A stretch of 64,000 nt of DNA from Octopus sinensis (taxonomy: Eukaryota). A program made the position numbers and the translations under genes. The stretch lies in contig NC_042998.1 in NCBI RefSeq assembly GCF_006345805.1, positions 15,934,001 through 15,998,000 of the forward strand, given 5' to 3'. Under the pieces are notes generated by a model that was not told the DNA's origin, did not search any database, and worked only from the letters and a program-made list of their open reading frames with translations. This document shows positions 13,540 to 29,218 of this stretch, in pieces (position 1 is the first letter of the stretch; every line of letters begins with the position of its first letter).

Positions 13540-13545
<6 letters not shown>
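13345..13545. repeat. Diverged copy of the ~190-bp module also at 49810-49965 and in the 560-bp unit
   Basis: gctgctatttctaaatttcggtgtgg...cttggtaaaatt...aaccctttattattattga(TA)n matches 49809-49975. Confidence 0.65.
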
Positions 13546-13574
<29 letters not shown>

Positions 13575-13644
13575 ACACACACATATATATATATACACAC
13601 ACACACACGCACATATATATGTATGTATGTATGTGTGTGTATAC

Positions 13645-14530
13645 ATAGGGTGCGGTGAATAAATTTTCCTCTGAATTATGCAAATATGAAAATAACACTG
13701 ACATCTCATTTTAACAGATATATTTACCAAAATTAAATAAAGATTTCTTGAAATACTAATAAACAAAGTTATTCAACAAAATTGCCGTTCACGTCAGCCA
13801 CGGTCTCGAGACGTATTCCAGATGTCCTGCAGATCTTCTGGACCGTGTCCTTCTTGAAGTTGGTGAATGTTGCCTTAACCTTTGCTTTCAGATCAACTAG
13901 ATGTTACAAGGACCCTTGATGGTCTCTCGCTCAACTGAGCCCGATATATAATGATTAAGGAGGTTGTAGACTAAGGATTTAGGTGCCCAAATGTTATGGG
14001 AGATATGGTCGCAGAAATTATCTGACAGCCATGACTGGGTTCCCCTGCTTGTGTGGAATGCTGCCGAGTCAGTCCTGTTGCCTGACATAGTGTTCCAGCA
14101 GTCACTCTCTTGACCCAAAGCAGCACTACCTCCTCCAGGCATTTGATGTAGGCTTCCGTGTTCATTCCCAAGCTGTGTAGGAAGCATAGCATGGCCATCA
14201 CTAGTGATCACTCCATATACTTTAATGTTGCCTGGATGTTTAGTCTTTATCACTTCAGTACTAGTGCTCAGACTGCACTGTCCTCAGATTGACACTCAAA
14301 CACGTTATTCCACGTTGCTCCAGTCAACTCAGCTGGCAAAAATGTGTAATATCTGTATTTCAAAAGGCCAGCCCTGTCATACTCTGTGCCACACTGAATT
14401 TCCCTGAGAACTACTTTAAGGATACACTTGTCTGTGGAATGCTCAACCACTTGCACGTTATTTCACGAGCAAGCTGCTTCCTTGATCACGGTCAGGTTTG
14501 ACCCTTGTCGTCGTAACTGACAGAGTGCTC
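13645..14530 (-). mobile_element. Tc1/mariner (DD37D/maT-like) transposase fossil
   Basis: MIKTKHPGNIKVYGVITSDGHAMLP and DSAAFHTSRGTQSWLSDNF...IWAPKS..YNLLNHY..GSVERET (degenerate WPPxSPDxNPLD). Confidence 0.8.
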
Positions 14531-14548
14531 CTTATATGTGTATATATG

Positions 14549-14611
<63 letters not shown>

Positions 14612-14613
<2 letters not shown>

Positions 14614-15700
14614 TATATATATTGGGTGATCCCACAATAAATGCCATTTCTTAATGCTTCTTTTATTTTCCAAAATTAAGATAAACAAATTTGTTTTTAA
14701 ATCGAAATTATACTCTCTTTTATTTTCTACAATGCTGTTCCATCTATCTTGCAAGACCCCTCCTTCCAAATTCACTTGTTCGCGACGAAATATACTTCTC
14801 CAGTACTGTACTGACCTCGTATACACAATTCATATATTTTCTGCCCAAATGATTTTGAAGACTGCGGAATAAATTATAATCAGACATAGCAATGTCCGGC
14901 AATTATGAGATATTGTTTCCCATTCAAACTGCTCCATCATTTACAATGTCATCCTCGCTGTATGTAGCCGAGTATTATCCTACGGCAGCACATCAAAGAT
15001 GGTGGTTTTCCTTCTAGCTCTGACTTAAGCCTCTCAGGCTGCTGGCAGTAGATCTCCTATGTTATCGTTTCGCTTGGGTTTAAAAGTTCAAAGTGGTCTA
15101 AACCTTTCGTATCCTACCAAAGAGATAACAACACCTTACGTGGGTGAAGACCCTATTTAGCCTTGGATGCCGGTGTATCTCCTTCCTTATCCACTCTCGT
15201 CGACGCTCGACACTTTTATAGACAACCCACTTCTCGTCACTAGTTACTATTTGGGCCAAACATTGTTCATTCGTGAGACGTGACAGCAAAGAAGAGAACA
15301 CATTCACTTACTACGCGCCTTTAGACTCGGAAAGTTTGTGACGAACCGATTGACCCAATTTACTGGTGTTTCCGATGGTACGCAGGAGTCGTTGAATCGT
15401 TGAAATAGCAAATCCAATCTTCCCTGCTAGTTCTTCATGAGTTACGATGGCATTTTGTTCCATCAGGATTATCGGGACATCTTCGTCGCGCTATGCCGAT
15501 CTTTCTGGACGAGGCTCATTTTCTGGGTTGTAGTTCCCGTCGACACTGGCTTACACTTCTTGTTCAATCCCCATATACTACATTTATATTCCTCGCACTT
15601 TTCGTTGAACTCATAAAGCAAAATATGCTGAATATGCTCCTTTGTTACTTCAATTATAGCTTTAAAAATATAACTGTTAAAATTAGAAGTGCAGTCTTCA
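14612..15700 (-). mobile_element. mariner transposase fossil
   Basis: SSLLSR..NE..L.QIVTSDEKWVVY..V.RRR.W (first catalytic Asp motif) and a C-terminal DRWNSIVEN..EY. The 5' boundary is approximate. Confidence 0.8.
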
Positions 15701-16999
15701 AAACTTGCACTAATAATAAGTATAAGGTAAATTTACTATCTGCTTTTATAGCAAGTTGATGCTGGTAGAATATCTCCTCCCCCCTCCGACTTCAGTTACT
15801 GCAATTTAAAACACTGCATCACTTATGGGATGACACAACACATACATATATATATATATGAGATGTGTAACATTTCTTTCTTTGAGAATAATTGCAATAA
15901 TCTAAATAGCAATGGCATATAGCGTCTAAATACTTAATAAACAAGATTGAGAAGTAGCATAAAATAAATTGTGTAATATAGCAGAATCTTCTCTCAGTTA
16001 CAACATTAAATGCATAAATGATAGTCTTACAGCCACCCTCCATATATCTCAACTCACATATGATTATAGTATTTTAAATCGACATCGCATTCTATGCCTA
16101 ATCAATATAATGGATGAGAGTTTATTTCCAAGCAAGAATGAAGTACAAACGAATACGTCCAGTTTCCTTTGTAAGTATTCATATGCACGTCCATGTGTGT
16201 ATGTGTTTGTGTGTGTGTGTATAAACAAAGGAATGCAGGTGACACAACTACGTATATTAATCAGTATCATTCATTTCAATAATCAGTAGAGTATTGTACA
16301 TCAATCAATAGGATAGTTTAAACAGATTATGCAGATCCATATATATAATTAAATTAAATTCCTCTAATCTTCTCTTCAGACAAGTTACAATGGTAACACT
16401 TAGCCACATACGGATTTGAAAGCAGAATTTTGTCAGTTAGTTAAATATAATAAAGAGGGAAGGATAAAGAAAACAATATCATGAATTATAAATAGCAACT
16501 GTCACGCTATCAGAAATATGCTCAAGTGGGAAGACTATAGACAGCTCTTATTAGTTTTCAACTTTTAATCTCTTGTATACAATCAGGTCCACAAATAATG
16601 ATAAGCCAGGAACACTCTAATTTATTGTGTGGTGAGACTAAAGGTGGTATGTTAACATATTAGGAATAGAAGCGATAGAGTTCAAAGACGTTTTATACTA
16701 TATATTCTTACAACAGTGCCGGGAATAGAATGAGAAAAAAAGGATAAACAAAATATTCCAGGATGAATATAAGGCAGCAAATTATAATAAAGACAATAAA
16801 CGGAAAATCTAGAACAGGATATAGTTATGAGATGAATAAGAGTATGGTCAGAAAAGCTTAGATATCTTACGATTGAACTAATTTAATTGATTAGTTACGA
16901 AAGCAATTATTAGAGCCGGGATACTGGAGAAATGAAAGGCATTCTATATATTCAATAGTAAACGAAAGGGATGAGAAGTCTGTACTTAACAATATTTAA

Positions 17000-18700
17000 T
17001 CTAATGAAACTGGAATTTTTAAGATTGGTTTAGTGAATTTATCGAAGCACTAAATCAATGATTCGTTGCGTTTGTTAATTTGATGATACTTACACTTAAG
17101 AAACACCCGTCCTTTCATAGAACCTAGACTGCTGCTATCATATCTGTTATTTATGGAAGACCTGTAGGTATTTCTGCCTATAATATTGAGTAACTCACAT
17201 TTCTTGTTTCGTTGTCTAAAACAAAATTATCTAGCGCGGTGCTAAGTTCGTTTTGGATTTGGAAAGGATTGTACATGATTTAGAAACCTATGTTTGATTT
17301 TGCACCAGAGAATACTTATATAGTATCACACTTTAAAGATTAATTTAATTCTAAAATATTATTTATAAAAGATAGTATTTATTTAAAGGGTACTGGGATA
17401 AAAACATTAACCCAATATAAACTATGCAATGAATCAATAAATAATAATACTTTTACAAGGGGGAAATATATACCGTAGTACTATCTACACAAGACTAAGA
17501 TATAATATTCATTTATAACGTAGGGCTACGATTCTTACACGAATAATTAAAGACTTCTTTCGTACTACACTTGCTGCTTATTGGTTCATTATTAATTACT
17601 TCCCAGTGTTATATTTTTACTGTATTTTGTCGCAGTAACTAGATAAATATATAATATTCACAAATGGATTTTGATTGTATTCCTTACACAAATAATTAAG
17701 GACAAATTTCGCATTTTAATTACTGTTTATGTTCTCCCAATTAATTACTTTCCTATAATAATCGCTAATTTTTTTGCAGTGACGTTTCAATTTTTCTATA
17801 TCTACTAGAGAAGGAAATATTTTTTTCTTTTTCAATCTCATGAAGGAAATAACCGGTAATTTATGAGACAATATGAATTCTAAAAATGCGTAGTTTTTTT
17901 AATGAAAACCTCTTTCACCCAACCTCTTTCTACTTGTTGAAGTTTACTGTGAAGAATATGATTAATCACACATTCACTCATTTCTCTGCGTTTATACTAT
18001 GATTACTGCGTTTCGAACATTGCTTGTAAATGGTAGGTGTAAATCTACTTGTAGTAGATTTACTCTTACCATATCATCCGGATTTGAATGACGGCTTCCT
18101 AGTAAACTATAGATCTTCATATTATCATTGCTCCATTCCTCATTATAGCTGATTGGGAATACCGTCTCAGTAAATTATTTTGGGTTGTGTTAGCACGTTA
18201 GCTTTGAACATGTGATTAACATTATTCCTTCTATTGTTCCAACTATTGTAATAAAACTTCTCTAAATCAAATGTATTATGATATATATTTTCTTAAGAAT
18301 ATGGATCATAATATTTACGCTTCGACCGGGATGTAAAGAGGTTTTCAGTACATACTGTCCTTGTTGAAGTGATAGAACTCTATATTTTGAGCGATGATTG
18401 CATCATTATTGGAAGATATGGCCATTCTTGATGAAACCACTTTTTAAGAAAGACTTAGTTCCTGCTCTAGGGCAAATAGACATCTTTAGCATATTATATA
18501 TTCTTATTGCTTTTATACTGCGTATGATATAGGCTTTGATTAAGGCCTGGCATTACATCTACGAAATCAGTTACTTTACAGATATTTCCAAACGTTAAAG
18601 AAGTCCCAAAATAGTAGAAGAAATTTTATGCGCCTACTTATTTATTACTCCATCGGTTACAACGAAAAACTTCCAACTTACTCGTGAAGAATACGAGCAA
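17000..18700 (-). pseudogene. Possible very old Penelope-like RT relic
   Basis: Only scattered, frameshifted motif-like words (LQIVGTIEG, FRIHIVS, YNQNP) in the expected order. Weak. Confidence 0.35.
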
Positions 18701-19309
18701 GTGGCAGAGAACTCTTAATGTACTTCTCAGGGAGATTCATGTGACACAAGAGATCACAATGCTAGCTCTTTGAAATACATGTAATACTCATTTTTCCCAC
18801 CTGACTGGACTGGAGTAACGTGAAAAGATCGAGCTCCCGACTTTATAATACCCTAAGCATTAAACATTAGCAGAATACCATAAACATTAAATCACTCGCC
18901 TTCACATATTACTACAGTTGTAGAAAGTGAAAAGGTTGTCATCCCTCTGTAAACCAGTCGCTACTTCCGATAATACCACATAACTCTTGCCTATATTCAA
19001 ATTCTTAAGTCTGGTCATTTCAAAACCATTCAAAAATGCAATTTTCATTTTTGCTCATAAAGTGTCTACTTCTTTTTTAGATCATTTCGATTTTCTCGTT
19101 CTCAAATTTAGAGATGTGACGAGACGAATTGGATTAATAGAGGATTAGTAGCCATTTCCATAAATTATTCCATTTTTTCAGAGCTCTAAACCTTAAACCC
19201 CATCACCTATTCGGTGTTATTATATTATACTCAACTTCCGTTCAAAACACGTGTAAACGTGTAAATTCTCTTTCTCATAACTATTTAAAAAATCTATTTA
19301 GATAAGCCA

Positions 19310-19338
19310 AAATTATCTATCTATCTCACTATCTATTG

Positions 19339-19430
<92 letters not shown>

Positions 19431-19560
19431 ATATCTGTCTATCTATCTCTACACACACACACACGCACACATACACACATATATAATGTATATATATATA
19501 TATATATATACATATATACATATATATATATAATATATATATATATACATATATATAAAC
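19310..19560. repeat. (TATC)n-(CA)n-(TA)n microsatellite
   Basis: Direct. Confidence 0.95.
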
Positions 19561-20213
19561 AATAAATGAAATAAAGAGATGCAGTGAAATAATTAATTTA
19601 TGTTAAAAAAAAAATTACTATCAATATAATATAAAGTAAATAATTAATATATATATATATATTATATATATATATATATATACATACCTGTATATATAGT
19701 GTATATAGTATATATACACCTCTCTATATATATACACCTAGTATAAAATTAATGTATGTATATATATGTAAGAGGAAGATATACATAGATATGTGTGAGT
19801 GTGTATGTAGGGGTGTGTGTGTGAGTGTGTGTGGTATCTGGTGTGTATGTATATATACCGGTATAGGAAACAATAAGACGTCGCCTAATCATTAGCTCTG
19901 AGTGCAAAGCTTCAGAAACTAGTGATATTTGTCGGTTCTAAAGAGTGTAATATTAATTAGTGTGTCGCTAATTAATGCTTTCTAAACGCCGTAGAATTTA
20001 GTCTGAAACATCCCGATATTGAATTCTGAGAATTAGCTAATAATGTTACTGTGACTAAGTGCAATCTTCATAGGTATATAGACATGGAAATACACACGCA
20101 CATATATATATACATATACATATATGTATAAATCCTTGAATCCTTAAAAATGTTTTAGCCCGAAAGCCGCGGCCATGCTGGGGCACCAACGCTTGTATTT
20201 ATACATATATATA

Positions 20214-20263
<50 letters not shown>

Positions 20264-20438
20264 ATATTCTTACAGGATACACGCCACAGAAAGGAAGAAT
20301 GGAATAGACAGAAAAGGAAGAGTCATATGGGATGGAGAGTCTCTGAAGAGGTCTCAGGATAGGAGACGAAAGGTTTCAGAGAAAAGACAATAAAATAAGA
20401 ATAATAACGTAGGCGAAATGAAGAAATATATACACACA

Positions 20439-20600
20439 GGCGCAGGAGTGGCTGTGTGGTAAGTAGCTTGTTTACCAGCCCCATGGTTCCGGGTTCAGTC
20501 CCACTGCGTGGCACTTTGGGCAAGTTTCTTCTACTATAGCCTCGGGCCGACCAAAGCCTTGTGAGTGGATTTGGTAGACGGAAACTGAAAGAAGCCTGTC

Positions 20601-20650
<50 letters not shown>

Positions 20651-20870
20651 AGATGTGTGTAGATGTTTGTCCCCCTAGCATTGCTTGACAACCGATGCTG
20701 GTGTGTTTATGTCCCCATTACTTAGCGGTTCGGCAAAAGAGACCGATAGAATAAGTACTGGGCTTACAAAAGAATAAGTCCGGGGGTCGAGTTGCTCGAT
20801 TAAAGGCAGTGCTCCAGCATGGCCGCAGTCAAATGACTGAAACAAGTAAAAGAGTAAAAGAGTAAAGAGA
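20439..20870 (+). mobile_element. tRNA-derived SINE, type A, full length
   Basis: Same head, body and (aaaagagt)n tail. Retains the gatgctggtgtgtttatgtcc segment missing from the 5939 and 6898 copies. Confidence 0.9.
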
Positions 20871-22447
20871 GTGCGTGTGGTTAAGTACGACCATTCCCAA
20901 AGTTAACACTGTATTATATTAATTGTCTGTAAATAATTTACTTAATGAAAAATAAATTGACATAGAGGAAATAACTTAAGAGAGCGTATAACATAAATTT
21001 AAACATATCACATATATTTAAACAGTTTAAATTGTGTTCAGTTTGATTTAAATTCTTTGTGGAAACTTCCATCAAAGTTGTAGAAATTAAACAAAAAGCT
21101 ATCGACCTTATTTCCGGTACCTCAAAGGAAATAGTTGATAACTAGTTATATGTATGAATGTGAGTATGCGTGTACATATTCTAGTATGTTTAGTGTCTTT
21201 CAATCTATATAGCTTTATTTTCGTATGTCTATTCATAAATATCTACAAATGCATCATCGATCCGGTGATTCATACATAATTATTTGCAGAGACATAGTAA
21301 TTGGCAATTGTATCAATATGTGTTAGCGGCTGTATATGTGTTTTTTTTTCTTCATTCGAGGACAGAAATCATACGTATACACTTATATGGCGTCTATGTA
21401 TATGAATACATTAGCTGAGAAATTATTTTACGTTGTTTATATTTAGATGCATATAAAGCACTTAAGCAAGGATGATTGTGGAATGATCGATAGTCTTTTC
21501 TTTATGAACTAGCCTAGTAAATTGGCATCTATCAATAGGATAATAAAATTGGCACTTGAAAACTTAATATTTGAACGACGCACTAATTCATTCGTTTGAA
21601 GTCAAGTTTATTGTATTGAATTTCCAGACATTGCATTCCTTTTCTTCATAAGATATGGTTTTGCTCTATGCTATTACATAGAATCAACTAGAACGTACAA
21701 ATAAATGGTCTACAGTGTGATCAGCTGCTAAATATTGGTTATTGATTCCAGCAACTCAAATGCGTTTCTAATATGCCCGCACAGATGAAACAACAACAAA
21801 ACTATTTATAGAATTATTTCTAGCAAATAGAAATTACCTTGAAATAAAATATTTCTTGTAACACTTGTCTAGATTTTTCAGTGCATTAACTTTTAATATT
21901 TTGTTTATTCCTATACCATTTAAAGTATTCGTAGTTTTTGAAGGGTGGCGGTTGGGTCGTAAATACACACTTTTACATAAAAATTTTTCATATTTGATAT
22001 CGATGAAAGTTTACACATGTATAACCAAACATAATGAGCGACAAACGCAAGCACAAAACACATATACGTATACATAGATACAACATTCGTACATACATAC
22101 ACACAAGCACACGTATATATGCATATATATATATATATACATATACATACATACATTTGTTCATATGGCATGTATATGTTTGTAATCAATTCCCACATAT
22201 ACGTAAGCCCGTATGTATGTACATATATATATATATATATATGTTTAAAATTTATACGCACACATATTATGTTGTATTGTATGCATATAACTTCAATGCC
22301 CAAGTTTCTCTCAATGCACTTTAGAGCTGTGTATGGATTTTATTTGAGATTTAGTAATACCAACGGTTTGAACCTGCATGATAAGAGACGTCTAGTTTAG
22401 AAAAGTCATATTGGCCACACGGATACACACATACACACACATACATA

Positions 22448-22677
22448 TTTCTTTACTACCCACAAGGGGCTTAACACGGAGGGGACAAACAAGGACAAAC
22501 AAACGGATTAAGTCGATTATATCGACCCCAGTGCGTAACTGGTACTTATTTAATCGACCCCGAAAAGATGAAAGGCAAAGTCGACCTCGGTGGAATTTGA
22601 ACTCAGAATGTAACGGTAGACGAAATACCGCTAAGCATTTCGCCCGGCGTGCTAACGATTCTGCCAGCTCGCCGCCT
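22448..22677 (-). mobile_element. tRNA-derived SINE, type B (ggcggcgagctggcag head)
   Basis: Reverse complement of 32667-32897. B-box-like GAGTTCAAATTCC. Confidence 0.85.
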
Positions 22678-23150
22678 TAGAATACATACACATACAGACG
22701 CAGTCAACACCCCCATCATACACACACGCATGCACGCTTACTACACTACAGTTCTTCAGCCTCTTGTGGGCACAGGGGGATTAATCGTTTCACCACGAGA
22801 ACGCAAGCAGTTAAAGGGGAAGTTTGGACTTCATGAATCATATATGAATTAAAAACCTCTCTCAGTCGAATTTAAAGATAGAATTCACATGTAGCTAGAA
22901 AATTTTACATCTCTTTCCAGGTTTCTAATTTTATCTCATTATATTGCCGAAAACACATTAGATTTACTAATTGCACGGATTATCTCAGTGAATTCACTTA
23001 TTATAATTCAATGCTCCTCATGCTATACAATAACTTATATATATTAAGTGTGCAAACAATTTACTCCTAACATTTAACTCATCCATATTGTTGTAGTCAT
23101 AGATGCATGCGGACGCTCACAATGTATATATGTATGTATAAATATATATA

Positions 23151-23185
<35 letters not shown>

Positions 23186-24798
23186 GCATGTATATATGTA
23201 TGTGTATGTATGTATGTATGTATGTAGGTAAGTAGGTATGCATGTATGTATGCATGTATGTATGAGTATGTATGTATGTATGTATGTATGCTTAACAAAC
23301 ACATCGAAGCCTTCACAACGCGTAAACACAGATTCTTCCGCACTTTTAAATTCTTCCATGTATCCAAATGTAAATTCAGACCCCACGAATAACCTTCACA
23401 TAGAAAGGTCCATGATCGTCAGCACATACCTCTGTGTACCTCTTCTATCAACCTTACCTCATCACTTTATAATTATTTTATTTTATTTAAAATCTTAACC
23501 TAATAATTCCCCTAATATTTCATTCTAACCCTTATTCGAAAATAATTTAACATTCAACTGGTTTCTCCATTCCCGGCTACCGACACGCCCATACCCCATT
23601 GCTAAACATATTTCTACAGCCACTGACCTTAGCCATAAAGCGGACAAAATCACTTACTACTAGATTTCCTCCCCTACCTCTACAGTCTACATGAATACCA
23701 CTCGGACCCACTATTCTCTTTGAATGCCTTCCATTTTACTTTTGTTTTGTTTTTCATATTATCGTCCTTTACCTCCCCTCCTCTCTATTTACCCTTATAT
23801 ATTTATTTATTCATCTTCTGGGTTATTGTTGTACACTATATTCGTATATAACTTATTTTATATTATACTTAATGCCAATTCTGAATTTCCTCTCTCAATA
23901 TCTCTCCCTCTCTTTCTATTTATTTTTCGTTCTTTTTATCATTTAATAGCCACCCTCGCTACTAATTCTCTTATAGAACCTTGATACGCGTGCGTCTATT
24001 TCTGGATATTTACAATATCAGGACTTCAAACTACATTGATTTACACAGAATTACCCTTAGGGCTTACGGACTTAATTCTACATGATCAGAAATTTGTACT
24101 ATGAACATTTATGCTTCTTTATTTCTCTTTCTTCATCCTGTAAGAGGGTATTACAGAAACTCAGAGGAAATAACAGAAACTTATATGAACATTTAATTTA
24201 ACACATATTCATTATACTTATTAACATGTGGGATAAATTACACGTAGTTACCAACAGGCCATAAAATGCATCACTTGTGCTGTTAATCGTTGAATGGTTC
24301 TCACTGCTAAATATACAGGTTTATCGCAAAGTAAATATAAATACTTCATTTTAGGTAGCTAGATTAACGAGTGACGCCACACAAGGAAACTTCAACGTCG
24401 TTTTATCCCGAGGTATTAATATGAATCCAAATCAAGCTTTAAGTCGGTAACGATGGTTGTTTGAAGTAGGTCTAGCCTCCGTCCATTTACCTCCACCATA
24501 TCGTAAACCACATAACTATTTAATGACAATCTGTTTAAAGTGCAAGCATAAGCATGTGAAGAAATACAACAAAAGATATTGGATTGCTTTATTGATTACA
24601 CTTTTTTTAGCTGAAACCGTTTCGTTTATTATTCCATGTCCATTCATACATACCAATATATTCTTGGAAATCAAACAGATTCTTTTCATTTTATTTTTCT
24701 ATATTCGACGCGTTAGTGTGTAAAGTTGTGTTGCGATCCATATCTTAATTGCATAAGAATGTGTTTGCGACACCATCCTTTGAGGTCACATCACCGTC

Positions 24799-24862
<64 letters not shown>

Positions 24863-24954
24863 AATATACATAAATTAGAAAAAGAAAACACCTTTTATCA
24901 ATTCAATAATGAAAAATTGAATTATACCATTTAGAAAAATTAAACATATAGAAT

Positions 24955-24974
24955 TATTATTATTATTATTATTA

Positions 24975-25028
<54 letters not shown>
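24955..25028. repeat. (ATT)n microsatellite
   Basis: Direct. Confidence 0.95.
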
Positions 25029-25035
<7 letters not shown>

Positions 25036-27630
25036 TGAATAAATATTTCCTACAGGTCAAATTCTAGAATGGTACACTTCTACTCAATCCTCGGCTACCA
25101 ACATATTCAAAACAACTTATTATTGTTTCTATCGCAATTGTTGATGATTAATCCAAAGTCGACGCTAGCATAGGTGAGAAGGTGAGAAGCTTTTTTTTTG
25201 TTTTCATCTCAGGTTGTTTACGTCATTAAAACTTTTTTTTTCAAAATTAGTAAACCAGTCAACATAACGCAGCATGTTTATTTATCAGACGATCAAATGG
25301 TGATGCGTTTGCCACAATCATACGATTTCTTCTTTGAGTATTCTGATTTGTCTTTCACCAAAATAAGACGTAATTTTTTCTTGAGAAAACCATTGCTGTC
25401 CTTCAAGTTAATTTGAAACGCGAATTTGCTGCAGTGTTAATGTTGTTCTACGCTATTGCAAATTTATTAAAACAATTTCATTCATCATTAATTTTTCTCA
25501 AATTCTTCTAGCTTCACTAAAATCTATCATGTTTTTCAATGGAAGCTATGTAGATATACTGAATTTGAACTAGAAAGCCATTTAACATATTAATTCATAT
25601 TTTAAGTAAGATATGAATTCCTACTGTTCTTTTTAAAGCATAAGATTCTGTGGGCATGTCATAATACCCTATACTAATATACTGATCCAACATATTATTT
25701 TCATGCGTGTTATAGCAGAAGTTTCTCTCTAAATGATAATAGTACTTACAAAATCTTCCAAACATATATAATGTGATATTTCTATCACACGCACACATAT
25801 GCGTACATATATTCACGAATACACATACGCACAAAAACACAGAAACAATATCACACACGCGCAAACGAGATACTAGTTAATAATGTTTTATGTCTCCTAA
25901 CATATGAAATAATACACTTTGATATGGCAAATGTATTTACTTGGCTAGGAAATCATTAATTTAAGAAGAGGAATGGAATAGCGGAGTCAATTAGTAACAT
26001 TAAATGAGTGTTTCTCTGTATTATCAATACCGAAGGGATAAATGGAAATAATGACGTCGGTACAATTCGGAATATAATCTATTGGGAAGAAACTAAATTT
26101 TGCAAATGATTTAGTTCCGCTAATTCCAGCGTTTTCTATTCACGATATATGCTATTGACTTCATCTATTTGCGAGTTGAGGATTGCTTTAATCGACGCAA
26201 AGCATAGATGTTACTTAGGTTAATACGAATTGCAAGATAAAACACTTTATTTATACGAATCCATTTCAATATATGATGATCAATCAAACAACAGGTTCTC
26301 ATAATAAATTTATGGTAATGTATCACAAATATCTAAGTATATGGCGTTTAATTATAAAGAAACCACAAACATTGTTTTGTTTATTTTAATGCAGATTATA
26401 ATACAAGATCTAAAGATAAACAATTTCAGATCAGCATGTTATTTAGTGGATCCAATACCCATAAGTTAAAGTCAATATCTACCACTTAATTTCTAAATGT
26501 TTAATTAAAAATAGTAGGTTTTTCAAACGATATTTCGCGCTGAAAAGTGACGTATCGCATATCCATTTTAAACTAGAATGCTTAAAAAATAGAACCAATT
26601 CACATAATGGATTTAGTGCAGTAGCGCTATTTTCTATTCTAATAAAACAAATTTGAAAAACTCCAAAAACAAGCCAGAGCTTACATATTTGTGCAATCAT
26701 TCCGAGGTAAACACAAAAGATTATAACAAATATGTGACAAACCAAACTACTAAAAGCAGAACTAGGTTACTTAATAAATAGTGACCTAGAGGACCCTCAA
26801 AGCTTAAAATAACAATTGAAAATAAGCAGAGCGGCACATATTTTAACAGCATTTATTGATTCAAGTGCCATATTATACAAATAAAATTAGAATCAGCCTG
26901 TTAAAGAACAGAAACAATTCACATTATAAATTTAGTGCAATGTAGCAAAATTTACGATTATAATAATTAAAAAATACGCCACCCTCAATTTACGCCGTAT
27001 TTTCCATAAAGCAAGCATTGAAATATTTCTGAATTTTTACTAAAAGTATTTATTTTTCACATTTGTGTAGCTGATGAAATAGAGGCACAGTCAAAGACAG
27101 AAATCATCTGACGCAAATATAATTCATAACAGCCCATTATCATTATAAAATTGATAATTTTCCTAATTAGCCAGACCGATTAACAAACACAATCAGTCAG
27201 TTGAGAAAAATAAGATGAGTAAAATAAATTTTAAAAAATGAAGTGAAAGAGCATCAATAAAAGAAAACAGGCAACCAGACAGAATGAGTAGAAGTAACAG
27301 AAAGTTTGTTCTATAAATAGAAAGTGCTTCTACTTTAATTTTAAAACACACAAAAATTATCTTTTTTGGTAGCGGCGTTCATTGGACAGAAGAGAAAATT
27401 AATAGACGTAATTTCAGTCTTGATATTTCGTTCTTTTTTCCTTGTTTTATTTTTTTCCATAAAATGTTTACGTCTTTAGAGGAAAAGGATGGAGAAAATA
27501 CAAATAGAACAAAACCTATTTAAAGAACCATACATACATACATTCATATATACATACATACTTACATACATGCATAGGTCTATACACTCATGGATATATA
27601 AAAACACGAAAACACACACACATACACGCA

Positions 27631-27664
<34 letters not shown>

Positions 27665-27768
27665 ACACACACACACACACATATATATTATATATATATA
27701 TATATATAGACATAGATGTAATTATGTATATCTCAAATTTACATATATATGTATGCATACATATATAT

Positions 27769-27815
<47 letters not shown>

Positions 27816-27849
27816 AATTATATATATGCATGTATATGTGTATACATCC

Positions 27850-27903
<54 letters not shown>

Positions 27904-29037
27904 TATATTACTTTCAGTAAATATATATAAACGAGTGTCTTCGTGCGCACGCACGCGTGTGCAACAGAATACTGATCATTATATCGAATTATGGAACTAA
28001 TCAGTAATTTTGATGGGAGAGAGCTTGTTCATTACATTGACCTGCGTAGTTGACTGGTTTTTTAAATGTACAAATCAGAAATGAGGATAGTTAAAGCCAA
28101 TGTCGGCGGCTTTGAACTCCGAATTTAAAAAGTCGTGAAAATGCCGCTAAGTTATTTGTGTAATGCGCTAATTTCTCGTAGCAATCTGTTTTTAACCGAA
28201 TTTTTGTTTTCAAAATTGAGGCTCAAAAGCAGAAGTTTAGGTGAATGGAGTTCGCAATTTCACTGAACTCAGTGCTCATTTGGATCGCATTTTATCAACT
28301 CTACGTTGAAAGAAATTCCACGTCGAAAATCAGAAAATGACGGGTAAGAAGAAAAAAACCTTGCTAAAGTTTCTATTCAATCGCTGCCTTCTTAACAATA
28401 ATAATAATTTCTGCTTGAAGCATATAGTTTGAAATTTCTGGGAGAGGGCTTAGCCGAACATCCACTGACGTATTCAGGTGGTACTCATTTTATCGACCAC
28501 GGAAGGATTGAATACAAAGTCCGCTACAATTACATTGGAACAAGGAAAGTAATGGATCAGATTAAATGCCCCCGATGAATTTTGCTCGGTGAAATAACAA
28601 TTGTTTATCATATATATATATATATATATCGTTTGTAGAAATACATATATTCGGAGGAGCAGCACACTCTATGATGTGGACCAATTAATATTATAGTGGG
28701 GTAGGTCCTTTATGGGGTTCTTTGAGTTTCTCACTCATAAGGGGTTTAGCCTTACGGCGTATCTTCAGACTCCAAACACTGCTCACCTGAAACCTCTTAA
28801 AAATATGGAGTGGGGGACAATCCTCGGTTCTAAAGGTAAAATCCCTCGGTGATTATTTCCCTTTGCCATTGTCCATCGATCTGCAGTCGCGCTGCCATCT
28901 TCCCGTCACCAAAGCACCAAGAAGGTAAACGATTGTCTCCCTTCGGCCTTGTCTATTGGTTTCCGGCTGTGGTGCCGCCGTGCATATTCCCAAAAAGCGA
29001 GAAACCCTGAGTAACCAAATAAAGCGGCCTAAACCAC

Positions 29038-29078
29038 TATAATATATATATATACATATATACATATATATATATATA

Positions 29079-29138
<60 letters not shown>

Positions 29139-29162
29139 GAGAGGGAGAGAGATAGATAGATG

Positions 29163-29218
<56 letters not shown>

